Positions 36,301-50,215 of a stretch of 64,000 nucleotides of DNA are shown here, one piece after another. How positions within the stretch are numbered: position 1 is the stretch's first letter; each line of letters opens with the position of its first letter. Under the pieces are notes generated by a model, which worked only from the letters and a program-made list of their open reading frames with translations, made no database searches and was not told the DNA's origin. A program made the position numbers and the translations under genes. The DNA is from Takakia lepidozioides (taxonomy: Eukaryota > Plantae > Bryophyta). The DNA is taken from the NCBI GenBank assembly GCA_030704615.1, contig CM060734.1, forward strand, positions 25,048,001-25,112,000, in the 5' to 3' direction.

Positions 36301-39300
36301 GACTATCCCTGATCCCTCCCTTCGGCACGTAGAGACGCTTTTGCTTATACCGGAGCAGTCCATTTTGCAAGTGGAACTGCGATTTAACCCCCATCATCAA
36401 GTCCTGCATCACGGACTTCGCAAGCTCATCCTTCCGGATCTTCCTTTGGAGCGCCGTCTCGCCCTTGTACACCAACAAGAGCTGCTGCTTTCTACTTAAA
36501 GCATCGGCCACCACGTTGTCTCGTCCCAGTTTGTACTGGATATCCACGTCAAACACCGCCAAAGTATCTTGCCACCTAAGTTGTTTTGGGGACAACTTGG
36601 GCTGCGTGGCAAAATACTTCACCGTGACATTGTCCGTGAACACCTTCACTGGGTTGGAACCAACATAGTGGCGCCAAAGCTCGAGGCAATGCACCACCGC
36701 CTTCATCTCTTTTTCGTGCGTCGGCCACCGTCGCTCCACTTCATTCAGATTCTTACTTTCGTAAGCCACTGGACGTCCATCTTGCATAAGTACACCCCCA
36801 ATCGCGAAGTCTGACGCATCTGTATGAATCTCAAATGGACGATCGAACTCCGGGATTTTCAAGACTGGAGCTTCCGCCATCCGCTGCTTCAATTCAGCAA
36901 AAGCTTGGCCACAAAATGTATTCCATTCCCAGACTTTGGATTTACACAGAAGCCTCTTTAATAGGAGGCGAGTCCTAGGAAGGATCGCACTCCCGGGACC
37001 GAAGTCGGAGGCTCCCAGTCCAAGATCGCCCTCACTTTCTGTCATCCATTTTGATCCCATCCTGTGTAATCACATGCCCCATGAACTCCACTTTTGTGAC
37101 CCCGAATTCGCACTTTGAAGCTTTGGCATACAGCTTCCCTTCTCGCAATTTTTGGAACATCATTTTTAGGTGCTCCAGGTGTTCTTCCTTTGTTTTCGAG
37201 TACACCAAGATGTCGTCGATGTACACGATCACAAAGTCATCCAACCACTCCTGGAAAAGGCTGTTCATCAGCGTGCTAAATGTCGCTGGTGCATTGGTGA
37301 GCCCAAAAGGCATCACCAAGAACTCATATGAACCATACCTTGTCCTGCACGCGGTCTTCTCCTCATCTCCTTCCGCACCCGAATTTGATGATAGCCGGAG
37401 CGCAAGTCGATCCGGCTGAAATACTTCGCTCCTGCCAACTGATCAAGAGGTCGTCGATCCTTGGCAAAGGGTACCGGTTTTTGATAGTCACCTTATTCAG
37501 AGCCCTGTAATCGACACACATCCGCAGCGTCCCATCCTTCTTGTCTGCAAATAGTACCGGGGCTCTGTAAGGTGACTTACTCGGCCGGATATAACCTCTT
37601 TGACATTAGATCCTTGAGCTGAGTCTTCAGCTCGACCACTCTCTGTGGCTCAACCGGTAGGGCGCCTTGGCAGGCGGTTCGATCCCGGTATCACCTCAAT
37701 CTTGTGGTCAACTCCTCTTCGCGGTGGCAAGCCGCTTGTAAATCCTCCGGCATCACATCCTGGTATTTCTCCAAAATCCCCTTGATCCAATCTGGGCTCG
37801 GCCCCCATCGCCTTCTCCTTTCACTTCTCTATGTAAAGCAAAAATTGGGGCTCGTGTGCCTCCTCCACGGCCCACTCCTTGCTGACAGAAGGTTTTATTC
37901 GCCCTCCCACGGATTTGGGCGTTTCCGACACTCGTAAAACCTCGCCACCATTCCCACATGGCAGCGTGACTACTCTCTTGCGGCCATCTATGACCCTCCG
38001 GATTTGCTCAAAAAGGTCATCCCCAAATGAGATCCACTCCATCGATCTCGCAGATGGTGAAGTTCTCACGTCCTCCCAACTCCCCAGTTGAAGAGGAACA
38101 TCAAACGCCAACCTTGTCGCCACTGTGGTTCTCCTTGGCAGAACGCACCTCAATAGAGGCCCCCACGTCACTTGTCGGGAGTCCCCACTTTCGTGCCGCG
38201 CCGGCGTCATGAAGGAGTGCGACGCTCCTGTGTCCACCAACAACGACACGTTAGTTCCGGATATTATCCCATCCACGAACAATAACTGACTTCTTTACGC
38301 AGGGCGCCAGTTTCCTGATACAACTCACAAGAATAGTTGCCTACCTTGCAAGTCCTGGCGACCACCGCTTCCACCAAGCGACTGATGGTATCTTCCGACA
38401 GCTCCGTGGTTGCCGCGAGTCATGTTCAATGTCGAGGTTTTGTGCACTTCTTGGCCATGTGCCCGGGCTCCCCGCAATTGAAACACACTCCATCAAAGGT
38501 CGCCTTCTGTCCGCCATAAGCCGCTCCACCCGCTTTTCCTTTCGAAGCACCGGGTGCCGCCTTGACGTGTGAAGGCCCTCCCTTCGATTTCCACGTGCCA
38601 TTGTCGCCGCGTGGCCTATCCCACTTCTTTTCCGGTCGGGAGGAGTCACCTTCCCGCCGGGTCTTCTTGTGGTTCAGCTCCGTACGGCCTTGTCTCTCAC
38701 CCCTAGGGACATCTGAGAAACATTCAGCCCTCTCAATTGCCTCGTTCAAGTCTTAGGTGGCTTCTCCTCCAACTTCCGCCTGGCCCATGGGGCCACCCCG
38801 CCACAAAGTTGAAGACCATTTCTGGTTCTGCCATGTCTGCGACTTCGAGCAACAGCACATTGAAAGCCTGGACATTCCCCGAATGTCATCTGTTTGCTTC
38901 AAATTCCTCATCTTGTCCCGGGCAAGCCAGGACGCGTTGAGGGGCACAAACTGTCGCTTCATCAATTCCTTGAACCCACTCCAGTTCAAAGTTTCCGGGC
39001 TTGGACCTCGGTCGTGAAGGCGTTTCTGCCACCATTGTTGAGCATAGCCCCTCAAATAGGTGGGAGCCACTTCCACCCGATCCTCGTCACTCAACTTGGC
39101 CGCCCGGAAGTACTGCTCTAGCTCCAAGAGCCAGGTGTTGAGTGCCTTCCGATTTCGGACGCCCTCAAGGTGCCGGGTTTCTTAGGCTTCACCTTAAACT
39201 TTGCCTTAGTGGAAGTGGCATTAGCCGCCTTCAACACGTCTTTCAACGTCCTGCCAAACTGCGCCAACAACCCTTCCCAAAAAGCTGCCGGCATGGGAGA

Positions 39301-40278
39301 CATCTGTTGGTCTGACGGAGCTCTCATGGATTCCTCGGGCTCCGACTCCTCGGATTCCTCCCGCTCTTGAGCGGCCTAGTTTTCAGAAACCTGCGTCGCT
39401 TCCTCAAACGGCCGCGCTTCGGTGACACGTCGCCCCCATCGGGCTCACCAGGATCATCATCTTTTGGGCCGTTCCGCTTTCGCTTTGGCTTGCCCGACCC
39501 CATGATGAGGCCAATCCCAAGGACGATCGCGTACTGAACTCTAAGTTCTGATACCAAGTGTCGCGCACCTCACTTCGATAAGCTCCCCTTCAAGTCATAG
39601 TTACTCGCTTTGATGCGCGCGCCTGACTCCCAACCTGGCCGCCCTGGCCAACTTGGAGCTTCGGCTGCTCACCGGGACATAACGGTCCCCCTTCGCTTCC
39701 CACTAAACCCTCCACCTATTTGGGACTAGGAGAATTCCCTTTGGTAGATGGCAGTCCGGAACAACTCCCCACTCTTTGGTCGCTTTCCGGCTCGCTCGCT
39801 ACTCACTAGTTTTTGGTCACCAACGGGCTTGCACCGTTCTCGGGGTCACTACTCCCCTTATATACTTCTGTAGCTGTCCGCGGGTTTCACAACCAGCCAT
39901 GCCATTTTATGGCGAACCACCACGAAAACCCTCGACTCCCGTGATGAGTCGCGGTGAGTCTTGGCCCACTCACTACGGCCCCTATGGACCGTGATGAGTC
40001 CCAAGACTCCCCACGACTCCCACCACGAGGTCTCCGCCCCCATGGTGAGTCCTATGCCATCCCCACTAAGTCCCGCTAAGCTACCACCACCCCTTGTGGA
40101 GCCACCCCCACCGCACCCCGGTGTGTGGGGCTCCACCTAGTGAGCACCTCCGCCTCCTGGGTGCCTTGGGCACTCAAGGGGCTTCAGCCCCCCATACCTA
40201 TCGCTGCTGCTGCCCCCCACCACAGGGGCACCCCTCATGTGTCCCGACCCCCTTGCCCTCAAGGCAAAGGGCCGCGCA
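33376..40278 (-). mobile_element. Near full-length chromovirus (Ty3/Gypsy) LTR retrotransposon
   Basis: LTRs 33376-34104 and 39559-40278 (TGTCGCG...CGCGACA); PBS TGGTATCAGAAC (tRNA-iMet type); PPT-like GGTAGGGGTGTG; 5-bp TSD CGGAG/CGAAG; gag, CFNCGEPGHMAKKC, LVDTGASHSF, YIDD, RNase H, integrase, chromodomain. Confidence 0.95.
35010..39500 (-). pseudogene. gag-pol with C-terminal chromodomain
   Basis: ORFs 38753-39127, 38426-38749, 37821-38282, 37032-37319, 35147-37060; after the TGA at 35147 the frame continues EYLVKWKGYHHVEASW (chromodomain, preceded by EYEVEAVL). Confidence 0.92.
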
Positions 40279-41009
40279 CGAAGCTTCGGCTGCTCACCAC
40301 GTCCCCCTTGCTTCCCCCACGAGACCCTCTAACAGTCGGCCAAGTGGAATTCCCTTTGGTAGTTGGCAATCCGAAACAACTCCCACACTTTTTTCGCTTT
40401 CCGGCTCGCTTGTTTACTACTAGCTTTTGGCCACTTAACGAGCTTGCAACGTTAATTCGGAGTTACTACCCTCTTATAAATACTTCTGTAGGTGTCGGCG
40501 GGGGTCTCACAAACAACCAAGTCCTTTTATGGTGAACCACCACCAAGACCCCGATTCCCTGTGATGAGTCGCGATTAGCTTGCCCACCCACCACGGCCCC
40601 AATGGGCCGTGGTGAGCCCAAGACTCCCGGACTCCCACCACCAGGCCTCAGCCCCGTGGTAGTCCTATGCCACCCCACTATGACTCCCTTACGCTATTGC
40701 CACCCCACATGGAGAGCCCCCCCCCCCCCCCCCCCATCGCAAACATGTTTGCGGTTCCACCCAGTGAGCGCCTCCGCCCCCTTGAGCGCCTTCGGCCCTC
40801 AGGGGTGCTTCAGCCCCCTTTCATACTTGCTGCCGCTGCCCCCACCAAAGGGGCAACCCCTCTTGTGTCCCGACACCCTGCCCTCAAGGCAAAGGGCCAT
40901 GACACACACCCCTACCAACAATGAGTCGATGTCCTCATCGACTTGTCTTTTTTTGTGGAAACTAATATCCAAGTTTGTTTCCGCGCCATGGCGTCCCATG
41001 ATGGAGATA

Positions 41010-42474
41010 ACTTCCTTGCGTGAGGATGTCTGTTGGAGAAGGAATTCCCTCCATTCCTCTTTGATGTCATGACACACTTGATAATTCATCTTGTAGACGA
41101 GGTAGATACATGTGGTCCCGTGGCAACAAGATGGATATATCCCATAGAGAGATACATGAAGGATCTCAAAGGATATGTACGCAATTTGGCAAGGCTAGAG
41201 GGGAGTATGGTGCAAGGTTATATTTGCGATGAAGCCTTGGGCTTCATGATGGAGTACATGTCTGGATTTGATGCTATTCAACGTCGAGTATGGGATGAAA
41301 ATGAAGAAAGAGGCGTGGAGGGAGAGGTTTTGGAAGGCGCAGGGACAAAACAAGTTATGGAGCATTCCGAAATACAGTGCATATGTATGCTCTAAACAAT
41401 ACAAAATGCATGACATCATGGAGAGAGTAAGGGCCTAAACCATTCAATTCTGATGTTTTCATGCATTGGAAATCTGCTACCACAGTAGTAGTTCTGCTTA
41501 CTTGATGTAGTCATTTCATTGACTTGAGGCACTACTTGTGAGTGGACTCAAGTCATTTCAATCAATGCGTAGCCACTACAGATTTATGAAGAGGACTTAA
41601 GATTATTATGTCATTCTTTATCTAGGGTTTAATATATATATATACTAGTTTTCATTATGTTTTGTTGTGGCCAGCAAATATGTAGCAAAGAAGGAGCGTA
41701 TAAAACATGCGTGTGATGCATTCATGTCATGGAGACGAATCCGATCCACATGTGCACTCCCCACTGAGTATCCCTCGACAATGAATGAGTTGGAGCTCTT
41801 TCCAGCTTGGGTTAGAGCCCGGGTAAGTGCATTTGCAAGGGGCAATGAAGTGAAGGACAAAGATATGGTATATCTATCATTCCCCCCTTCATTGACAACC
41901 ACCTCCTATTGCTCAATGAAAGCCTATGGCAATCATTATCGTGTGGATGATGAAGCCTCCCGTCTAAACGTAACTTTTGATAGTGACATCACCTTCTCAA
42001 GGTAGATTATGGTCTTTTACAGCCCATTGTATTCTGTTGCTCATAGGTGAGAGCCAATATAGTGGAAGACAATGCCACCATGGTGCGAGATGAATATGGG
42101 TTTCTTTCCGTTGATTTCAGAAGGATGCTACCAAAGCATCGGGAGCCTTCATCTTTCCGGCCCAAGTAGAGCAAGTGTTCTTTTCCGATGAAACCATCAA
42201 GCCGGGATGGAAGGTGGTGCTTCATAAAGATCCACGAGCTAAACGAGTTGCGGCTGAAATCAATGAGGTGAATCTAAATGAGAATGCAGATTTTATAGGC
42301 TTGAGGGAACCTACTCATCTTCCAAATGTGGTACAAGAAGCATCTTTACAAGATGCGGTTGACCTTAATGCGGAAGAGACTCTTGAAGCAAGAATAAGTC
42401 TTAGAGACATTGTTACGCGTCCTAATATTGAGGAGGAAGAGGAGGAAAATTCTGAAGATGAATATGATGATTGA
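41010..42474 (+). pseudogene. CACTA/EnSpm transposase (TnpD-like) 3' fragment
   Basis: FPPFLFDVMTHLIIHLVDE...GPVATRWIYPIERYMKDLKGYVRN..RLEGSM..GY (DUF4218-like); YGNHYRV; EPFIFPAQVEQVFF...GWKVVL (DUF4216-like). Confidence 0.9.
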
Positions 42475-43689
42475 TTATCAATGTCCACATTTTTTTGGAG
42501 CTGTTTGGCAATCCCCCTTCCCAAATTCTGGATCCTTCGCCATTCTGGAATTACCTTTACTGTCGATTGATTGTAGGCACTACAACCATAGTCATTGTAG
42601 GCACTTGAGTCATAGACATCACTCCCAAATCAACTACTAATCACTAAGTATCAAAGTTGGCCACGTCAACATTAAATAATAATCTCTTAGTTGTATGCCA
42701 AGTAGTTTCAATGACTCAGTATTACACGTCATTATAATATAATATAATTGTGCGTTATTAACCAACATTTATGGAGTTGTATGTGAAATTATTACTATGA
42801 CTGTAATTTCCACATAATTATGCAAGGTGTATATGTATGTATAATTCAAATACCACGTCAAATTGTAATCGGTAAGTACAGTAATTCCTGCAATGACTTG
42901 ATGTGCCATGTCATTATATCTATATACTTTATTTAAAATAAATATTTGATATATAATCATTAGTCGTTTATGGAGTCGTAGATACAACGGGTTTTGCCAC
43001 TCCAATGACATCTGGCACAAATTATCAGTTCCTACTGAACTATCGACTACGGTCGTAGGGTAGTGATTTGTAGAGTCATACCAGACATGGGTCGTAAAAC
43101 AGTGGAGTGGGAAAAGACAGGAGATTGTGAACATGGGAGACCTCCCATGAGATTTAACAGAGGAGACCTCCCGGGCTTGTGAATAAAACAAAATTAGGCC
43201 TATGCGATGCGTTCCGGGGAGATACGAAGGGACAAACTGAACCAAATTGCATACCTTGAGCTTGGTCCTGCCATGATGCCAATGCGGCTGCTCGCTCTCA
43301 AATCGCAGCAATCGCATAATTGCAATATCGTCTCGCAACACATAACCCCAGCAAATAAATCGCACCACAGAATCGCACCAAGGAAATCTCACTAAAGAAA
43401 TCGCCTCGCAACACACAACCCCCTCACAGAATCGAACCTCTCATAATCGCCCCGCAGAATTGCATAATCGCAGAATTCGCAACACCTCAATCTCAACCTC
43501 AACCTCAATTCTCAACCCCTCAATCTCCTCGCAACACTTCCTCTCCCTCTCAAGCCTCAATTGTCATGTTTAAATAGTGAGCTGATGTTTGCGTAGGGCT
43601 TCGCCGTATCGAAGCGTTGAGAGAGAATTTGAATGAGGGAGCTGCCCCTTATATACCTAGAGAGGGCAGACCCATGAGTTGGCTCGGCA

Positions 43690-44040
43690 TGGGTATGCCA
43701 TGCGTTGCCATGCGGCGAGATTCAAGCGGCGGCGGCAGCGCTAGGGTAGGTCGAATCATTGCTGCGAGGGGAGAGCTCCCGTCGGGCGGCGCATCTCCGA
43801 CATGGCCATGGAAGCTTCTATGATCAGCATCAGTGATGGACGGTGCAGATTTATTCATTCATGCCATCCTGGATGTGGATGCATATGCCATAGTGGATTT
43901 ACACGGCCATACAGAAATCGCGCGTTCAAGTACATCAGCGTACGGGAGGCCCCCGTGGCTGTATCTATCACTGGTACGCCAGGCCTCTCGGTCAGCCTCT
44001 GCGGGTAATGATTCCCCAGCTCCACGCGGCCACCATGGGC
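43690..44040 (+). repeat. Block homologous (direct) to 51790-52175, upstream of the Sola-like transposase
   Basis: Shared GGTCGAATCAT..CTGCGAGGGGAGA.CTCCCGTCG.GCGGCGCATCT...ATGGCCATGGAAGCTTCTATGATCA and TGTATCTATC.CTGGTACGCCAGG. Confidence 0.8.
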
Positions 44041-47000
44041 CGATATTGATCAATGCTTAATCTGCAGGGGTTGTTGTTTAGGGTGATTCATTTGTGGTTC
44101 ATAGCTCACAGAACAAATGAAGGAGTCTGGAGCTCTTGCTGGTTACCAAAATGACGAGGGTGTCGAGCGGGCCACCACGTTCTCTATATAATTTACCAGG
44201 GCCTTAGGGACTTTCAGAGTCACACAATCCCCATACTGAGACAGGAAGGGCTAACCATGCAACATGACGACATTTTCCCAGCTTGGACGGTACAAGTGGA
44301 GAAGCTTTTATCCTGGCCTATGATTATGAGGCAGAGCAACATATTACAGGCTGCAGATTGAAACAAGGGAATGGTCCAGATGTAGACACTGCGACAGAAG
44401 TGGAACAGAGCACCGTTTTTTCTTCTCCTGTCCTACGGACTACGAGATCCAAGGAAATATTATTCTTTTTAGAGCTTCCCAATCTTTGCCGGAGGCCTTT
44501 ATCATTGATGATCTGAAGGGCCTTGTGAGCTACCTACCTGCTTGAGGCACTCGGGGCAACACTCGATGTACTTGGAAGTAGTTCTTTGGTTCGTCCTACC
44601 TTAAAGACGTAGCCTCAATTTTGTAGCCCTCTTGGCTCAAGGCACTGCATCATAACCACAACCCCAACAAAAGAAAGACCAGATAAAAAACAACTGAAAA
44701 AACTGCAAAGTGTGATGTCCAAATATGCAGTAGCTACCCACAAACAGTTTCACAGGTAGAAAGGTCCCAAAAGTTTCGTGCTTGCCCAGTGTAACTAGAG
44801 CTCGAAAGTAACGGTGTCGTGACTGGGCATCATTGGGCACATCCAGCTTGGTTATGGCAGACATGGCCTGAATTGCCTCTATCTTCCTTCCCTGCAATTG
44901 CAAGCCAACAACAACAGGACACTTCACGATCAGAACAATAGACTGCCAGAGCCAACAAGTTATAAGCCTTTGCAAATCGTGTGCGTCTATCAAAGATTAC
45001 TGAGCAGTTATTCACCATATGTGGAATAGGTGGGGGCGGAGGGAAGTACTCTTGATAAAGCATGTGGGATACTTCTGTCGGTACATCACAGAGCTGCTCT
45101 GTTGCATTCTACAGATTTACACCCATTTCGTCGATTACCTTGTGGCTGTGTGCACATGCAGTTGTGTCTGAGAAAGACCTGATTGAAAAGCGCCACTCCA
45201 GCTCCTAGGGATGCAGCAATATAGAGCCCATCCCCCTTACTCTGTAAAAAAGATATAGATCAGATACTCATCTACTCTCAAGGTGACAGTGTGTCGCAAT
45301 CAGAACTCAAATGGCAACAACATTGAGAAAAAGAAGAGCTCATTCTTACAGCACTAGGTGCAAGAGTAATACCTTCCCTGATGCAAGTCCATAATATTTT
45401 GAGGCTTCAGACCACTGCTTCCGCTCAATGTACCTCTTCCCCAAAGCAAGGAATGCTTCTGCATGCTGGGATATTTCTCCACGGTATAGCTGCATAAAAT
45501 AATATGGGAACAGGTGAATGAGTATATCCATTATCAGCCTTAGACATATGACTGAGTCTTCACTTACGAACCTCAACACAAGCCACACATGATCATCAGA
45601 GCTTGAACAAGTTTGTTCCCAAAAGAAGTCCTCACTGTAGAGCTTGAAGAGCTTCTTCCTCCCGTCCCTCAGCCACATGCTTTGCTGCCAGCTGCCAGTA
45701 GGAGACCTCTTAATAAACGGAAGATGCAAGACGGGCCACACAGCTTCCATCCATGTGAAACAGAGCAATGCAGTGCAGTATGAGCAAATTTGAGAGACAA
45801 TTGCAAATGGACAGCAGACAACCTCCCAGATCATTGACCACCCTGCTAAAGCTCCAGCCTTTGTAAATGCATACTGAGCCTACCTCACTTTGCTGTCAGA
45901 ATAAGAGGTGTCACAGAGTTCACCCGCCCTACTCTAAAAGGAACCACACATGCCAGTATGCATACTTTTTCAAATTTCAAAAGAAAAGAGGGCATGAACT
46001 TACCCTGTGTGCCAGAGGTACAGCTTGTCGGTGAGCTTTTTCCCAGTAATCTTGACCTATTTCTTTGCATTCAATACAGTGAAGATGTCACCATCATCAC
46101 GATAGGGAGCATATGTCGGTTTATCCTTGCCCTGCAACACTATTGATAGCCGTGATGCCAGCCTCCCCAACATCTTCTCACCAACTCAGCTTTCAAAATG
46201 TGCAAACCAGGGGCCATTGGCAAGAACTTGACATCTACGCTGCTGCTTGCTCCTACCCTCAAAATGGCCCAGATCCTCTCTCTTCCTGTCTGCGTTCTAA
46301 CCTCATGTTTTCTAATAACGTCAATGTCAATGCACGAAGCTGGATTCGGCGGTAGCTCCGTGAAGAAGAACAGAATCCTCGCCCGGCAAAAGAAGACTGG
46401 ACCTGCTCCAAATTCGTCTTCACAAGCAGTACACATTCGTGATATCTGAATCCATCACCGAGCCCTGCAAAGAAGAGAAAAGTTGCTCAGAAGAAGAAGA
46501 CTGGAGCTGTTGAGAATCTGTCACAAACTATGTCTGGAACAGCAGAAGCGCAAGACGTCACAGGAGCTAACTGCCTCTCAGATCAGTCACTTGCTTGTTT
46601 CTCAAGTCCTATCCCCTGCTGCTACCTTCAGGCTAGCGCAGAGTAGTGAAAAACAAGTAGTACAGTTTTGCTGAGCTGCCTACCTCTCAAAATAGTCAAG
46701 ATAATTCGCTCATTGGCATGTTCGCTTCTCAATGTCCTTCAAACCTACAATCAGACATTAGTGACGCCATCAGACATTCAGAAAAATTGCAAAGATGAAG
46801 AGTGGAGTGTCATCTGCAAGAGGCACTAGAGACCTACTAGATACTGTAGCAGGCCATGAAGTGTACTTATTCATGGATGGCGTCAGTGGATATAATCAAG
46901 TTTCATCACTCGCTGACCTGTTCGCTTCTCAGTCCTCTTCAACCACACAGGCAGACACCAGTGACGTTGTAACTCAGTCACAAAGCCATGCAAAGATGAA

Positions 47001-48809
47001 GAATGATTTTTCTGGTGCAGGTCTGGAGGTCTTCGATCTGTGAAAGGTTTAGTTAATTCATCAAGGGCTTGGAGAAGGAGAAAACGACGAGAGAGAGAGA
47101 ACTTGAAGGGAGCCAATTAGGGCACATTGGAATGGATGTAGAAAGTCACAGTTGGATGAAAATATGTTTCATCTTTAAACATTCATGTGTAGTAAGATGA
47201 AAACGGGTAGCAACTAGCAGTGAAGAATCTAGAATCCAGAATCTGCAGTACATCCTCTCAGCACTGAGTCCTTGCCCTCACAACAAAGCACTTGAGCAAA
47301 AGGTGGTGTTATTTTGCTATAAAGTTAATTCAGAGCTTGATTCTGCAAATCTTGGACGAGTAGTCTGCAGTGAGTGTACTATGACATCCGTGGGAGATAC
47401 TACACTGGTCAATTCCGAGATAACCATTTTCGTGTTGCTCAAGTGGAGCGCCAGGTTGTCCGTGAACGAGTGCATCGACTTCATGACTTACGAAGACGGC
47501 GGTCAAGACTAACTCACCTGTACATCTCTGCCAGATTGAATGAGGAAGTCACTTTATGGTAGCTTAGAGATATTTAATCATAGGCTCCTCACAATGGAAA
47601 GAAATGATGTAGTTTGAGTAGTAGCATCATGTTTCATGAGCTCTATGGGGGTGTGGATCTAGTATGTAAAGACCGGGGTGGATACCAGGTGAGAAAGCGG
47701 GAGGGGCAAGGGGGAAGGATTCTCCAGAATCTGCCCTTTCATGCCATCTCTGCACCAATGCTTGACAGCCTTTGTTTTCTAATTCCAAGAAATAGTGTGC
47801 TCACAGAATGTGCGCCAATGGGCCATTTCATTCCCACCAAGGACACTACAACGGCGCAGGAGACGAGGCGACTTTACTTCGCCCATGAATTCTCTTAAGA
47901 CCAATGACCTAATGAAAAGCAAAACACATTCTCTTTGAAGTAATGACAAGCCTTCTCTACATATTGGGGTTTTATTGTTCCAGAGGGTGTAGGCCTGGTG
48001 TAATGGGATATGTCAATGCCCTCTCGGCATGAATTTTATACCTGTATATCTCAAGGGACATCCATGTAAGGCTCCCCCTTCGTACCGTGTTTCTACGAAT
48101 TCTGAAGGATATGGCACAAATGACAGTGGTTGTAGCATCTATAATCAAAACTGGGGATTTGTGAGTGACATCTTGAGCTTCATAGTAGTCGAGTAAAACT
48201 ACATTTGGGCGACGGCAGTCAAGGATGGTTAGGATGGCAGGCTGGAGCAGCTGAGCAAGGAGAGGAAGGCAGATGAAGCATTACACTTGCAAAGAGCACT
48301 TCAAAAACAGTCGAAAGCACTGCAGAAGCAGGTGGACGTCATGGCACATATGGTTAGTTCTGTTTCGTTTTAATTCTTTCTTTCCGTTCTCCACCTCCAA
48401 TCAAGCCATCAGGATGGGACGGATGAGCTCTTGAGAGATTTCTCGGCGAGTATCACTCCATGTTGGTATCTCCCTCGTGTATTTTGAGAATTCCAGAGTC
48501 TGTTCTATTTGCCAGAAGGACCTTGTCCGAAGCAGTTAAGTAGAAAGTCTCCCTCATGGTTCTCCCTCTCCTTGTGAAAGTTATACTAGTTGCTGAGCAC
48601 ATTCAAATTAGGTTCAATGAGAGAAAAGAAAGAAAGGAGAGGAAATCACAGGAGAAAGAAAAGAAGAAAGAAGGGAAGGAATTTTACAATATCTATTTCA
48701 AGCTTGTCTCTGGTCATCTTTGGAGATTGTACAGACTACAGTGCCTCGGTTTTGAGCTCTGGATTGATGGAGTATGAAGAAGATGGGGTTGCTTGAGCAT
48801 TTGGATGTG

Positions 48810-49005
48810 AGTTGTGTGCTACATATATGCTCGGCAGAGAATAAGAGAGGTGAACATGGGCAGGTTGGATAAGAAAGGGGAGGTGGAGATGCAAGGGCAG
48901 CGGAACCATGTGAAGCAGCAACTCATGACACTATGTGATGATGCTGGCGACTCCCTACCGCTAGTGCTTTGGGCCGATCAGATTGCTGTCTCCAATCTCT
49001 TGAGG
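48810..49005 (+). pseudogene. Exon fragment of an OB-fold nucleic-acid-binding protein
   Basis: LMTLCDDAGDSLPLVLWADQIAVSNLL followed by a GT donor; resembles the OB-fold L-x-D-x-x-G-x-x-x-x-x-LW motif. Confidence 0.45.
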
Positions 49006-49355
49006 TATGCCATTGTGCAAGGAAGTTAGCAAACAATCTACATAAAATAGTTTATTACCACAGGGGGTTCCCACCAATGTCTGCAATATTATTTGGCTGT
49101 TTATATACCATTATAGGAATGGAAACCAAGGCAGATGTGGGGCCGATGACAAGCCAGGAGCTAAGAAATGCAGCCACTACCAGCATAGCCTCTTTCTAGA
49201 GCCATCGAACAGGTCATAGGGGGAGAGTTGCACCACCTACCTTTAGTTTTTGATAATAAGAGCCACATTGATAGACTCCACCCTGGTGTGTGGGTAAGTT
49301 TCCAGTCCTGGAGTTAGCGATCCTCCTCTCAACCCGTTGACGACATGTTTTGCAG

Positions 49356-50215
49356 GTATGGCATCATCCTTTGCCAAATGGATTACAATTTTATCGATGG
49401 AGTGGCAGTGTTAAGTCTGGGTTATGCTATGACTTTAAGTTACCCAGAAGACAACCTGGGCAAGGTCTGGTCTCTTTCATCATGAAGTTGGTTAGTTGTT
49501 AAGCTTTGGGGCTCAGGATGTACAAGTTCCTACATAATGACTTTGATTGGAAGCTCTGTATTGATCAACCACCCAATGTGCATCATTAAAGCCATCCGTT
49601 CAACAAAGATACACCAAGGCAGTGTTCACAGTAGGTTTAATGCAAAGTTTTGTGGTGATTGTTTGTACACATGACTACCAGTTCAGACATGTTTAACACA
49701 GACCAATATACCCGGATATACGCTTGTGACAAATGGTTTACACTGAGGTCACAGATGATGGTGGGATGGGAATGAGTTGCAGGTGCGACCGACATCGAGT
49801 CTATTGGGGCCATTGAATGTGGCATCAGTGGTAGGGGTGTGGCTCATCAATCCAGTGTTCCTTGTGGGTGCCCTTTACTTCATGGTCACCGAGACTGGAT
49901 ACATTCAGTGGCATGCAATGTAAGGAACTCCTAAAAACATGTTTTCTGGAGATTGTTCTCATGAAAGTTGCACTTCCAGTAATGTGTATGAATGAGTTGT
50001 TGACGTCTTTCATTTGGGTGTTTCCATGCAGCTATTCACATGGAGCAAGCTGGTGGATCCTTGGAGATAAGAGGGAGTCAGCTGTTATTTTTTTGGTGAT
50101 GTACTTTCAGTTCATCACAGCAGCATTTGTCTTCACTTTTGGATCTGCGTTTCAAAAAAATGTCTTTTATAATTGGGTTCTATTGGTGGGTAATCTGGCT
50201 TTCAGTTCTTCTGAT
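49356..50215 (+). pseudogene. P5B-type (ATP13A-like) P-type ATPase C-terminal transmembrane exon fragments
   Basis: AG/GT-bounded exon YGIILCQMDYNFIDGVAVLSLGYAMTLSYPEDNLGK (49356-49464) and YSHGASWWILGDKRESAVIFLVMYFQFITAAFVFTFGSAFQKNVFYN (50030-50190). Confidence 0.6.

Larger units (their letters stand above)
33279..41000 (-). repeat. Older 3' LTR of the same chromovirus family (33279-33375 + 40279-40904) with PPT and 3' internal stub, split by the younger insertion
   Basis: 33279 starts TGTCGCGCACCTCAC; sequence resumes after 40278 at CTTCGGCTGCTCACC exactly as in the LTR; ends GGGCCATGACA at 40904 followed by CACACCCCTACCAACA as at 34105. Confidence 0.85.
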
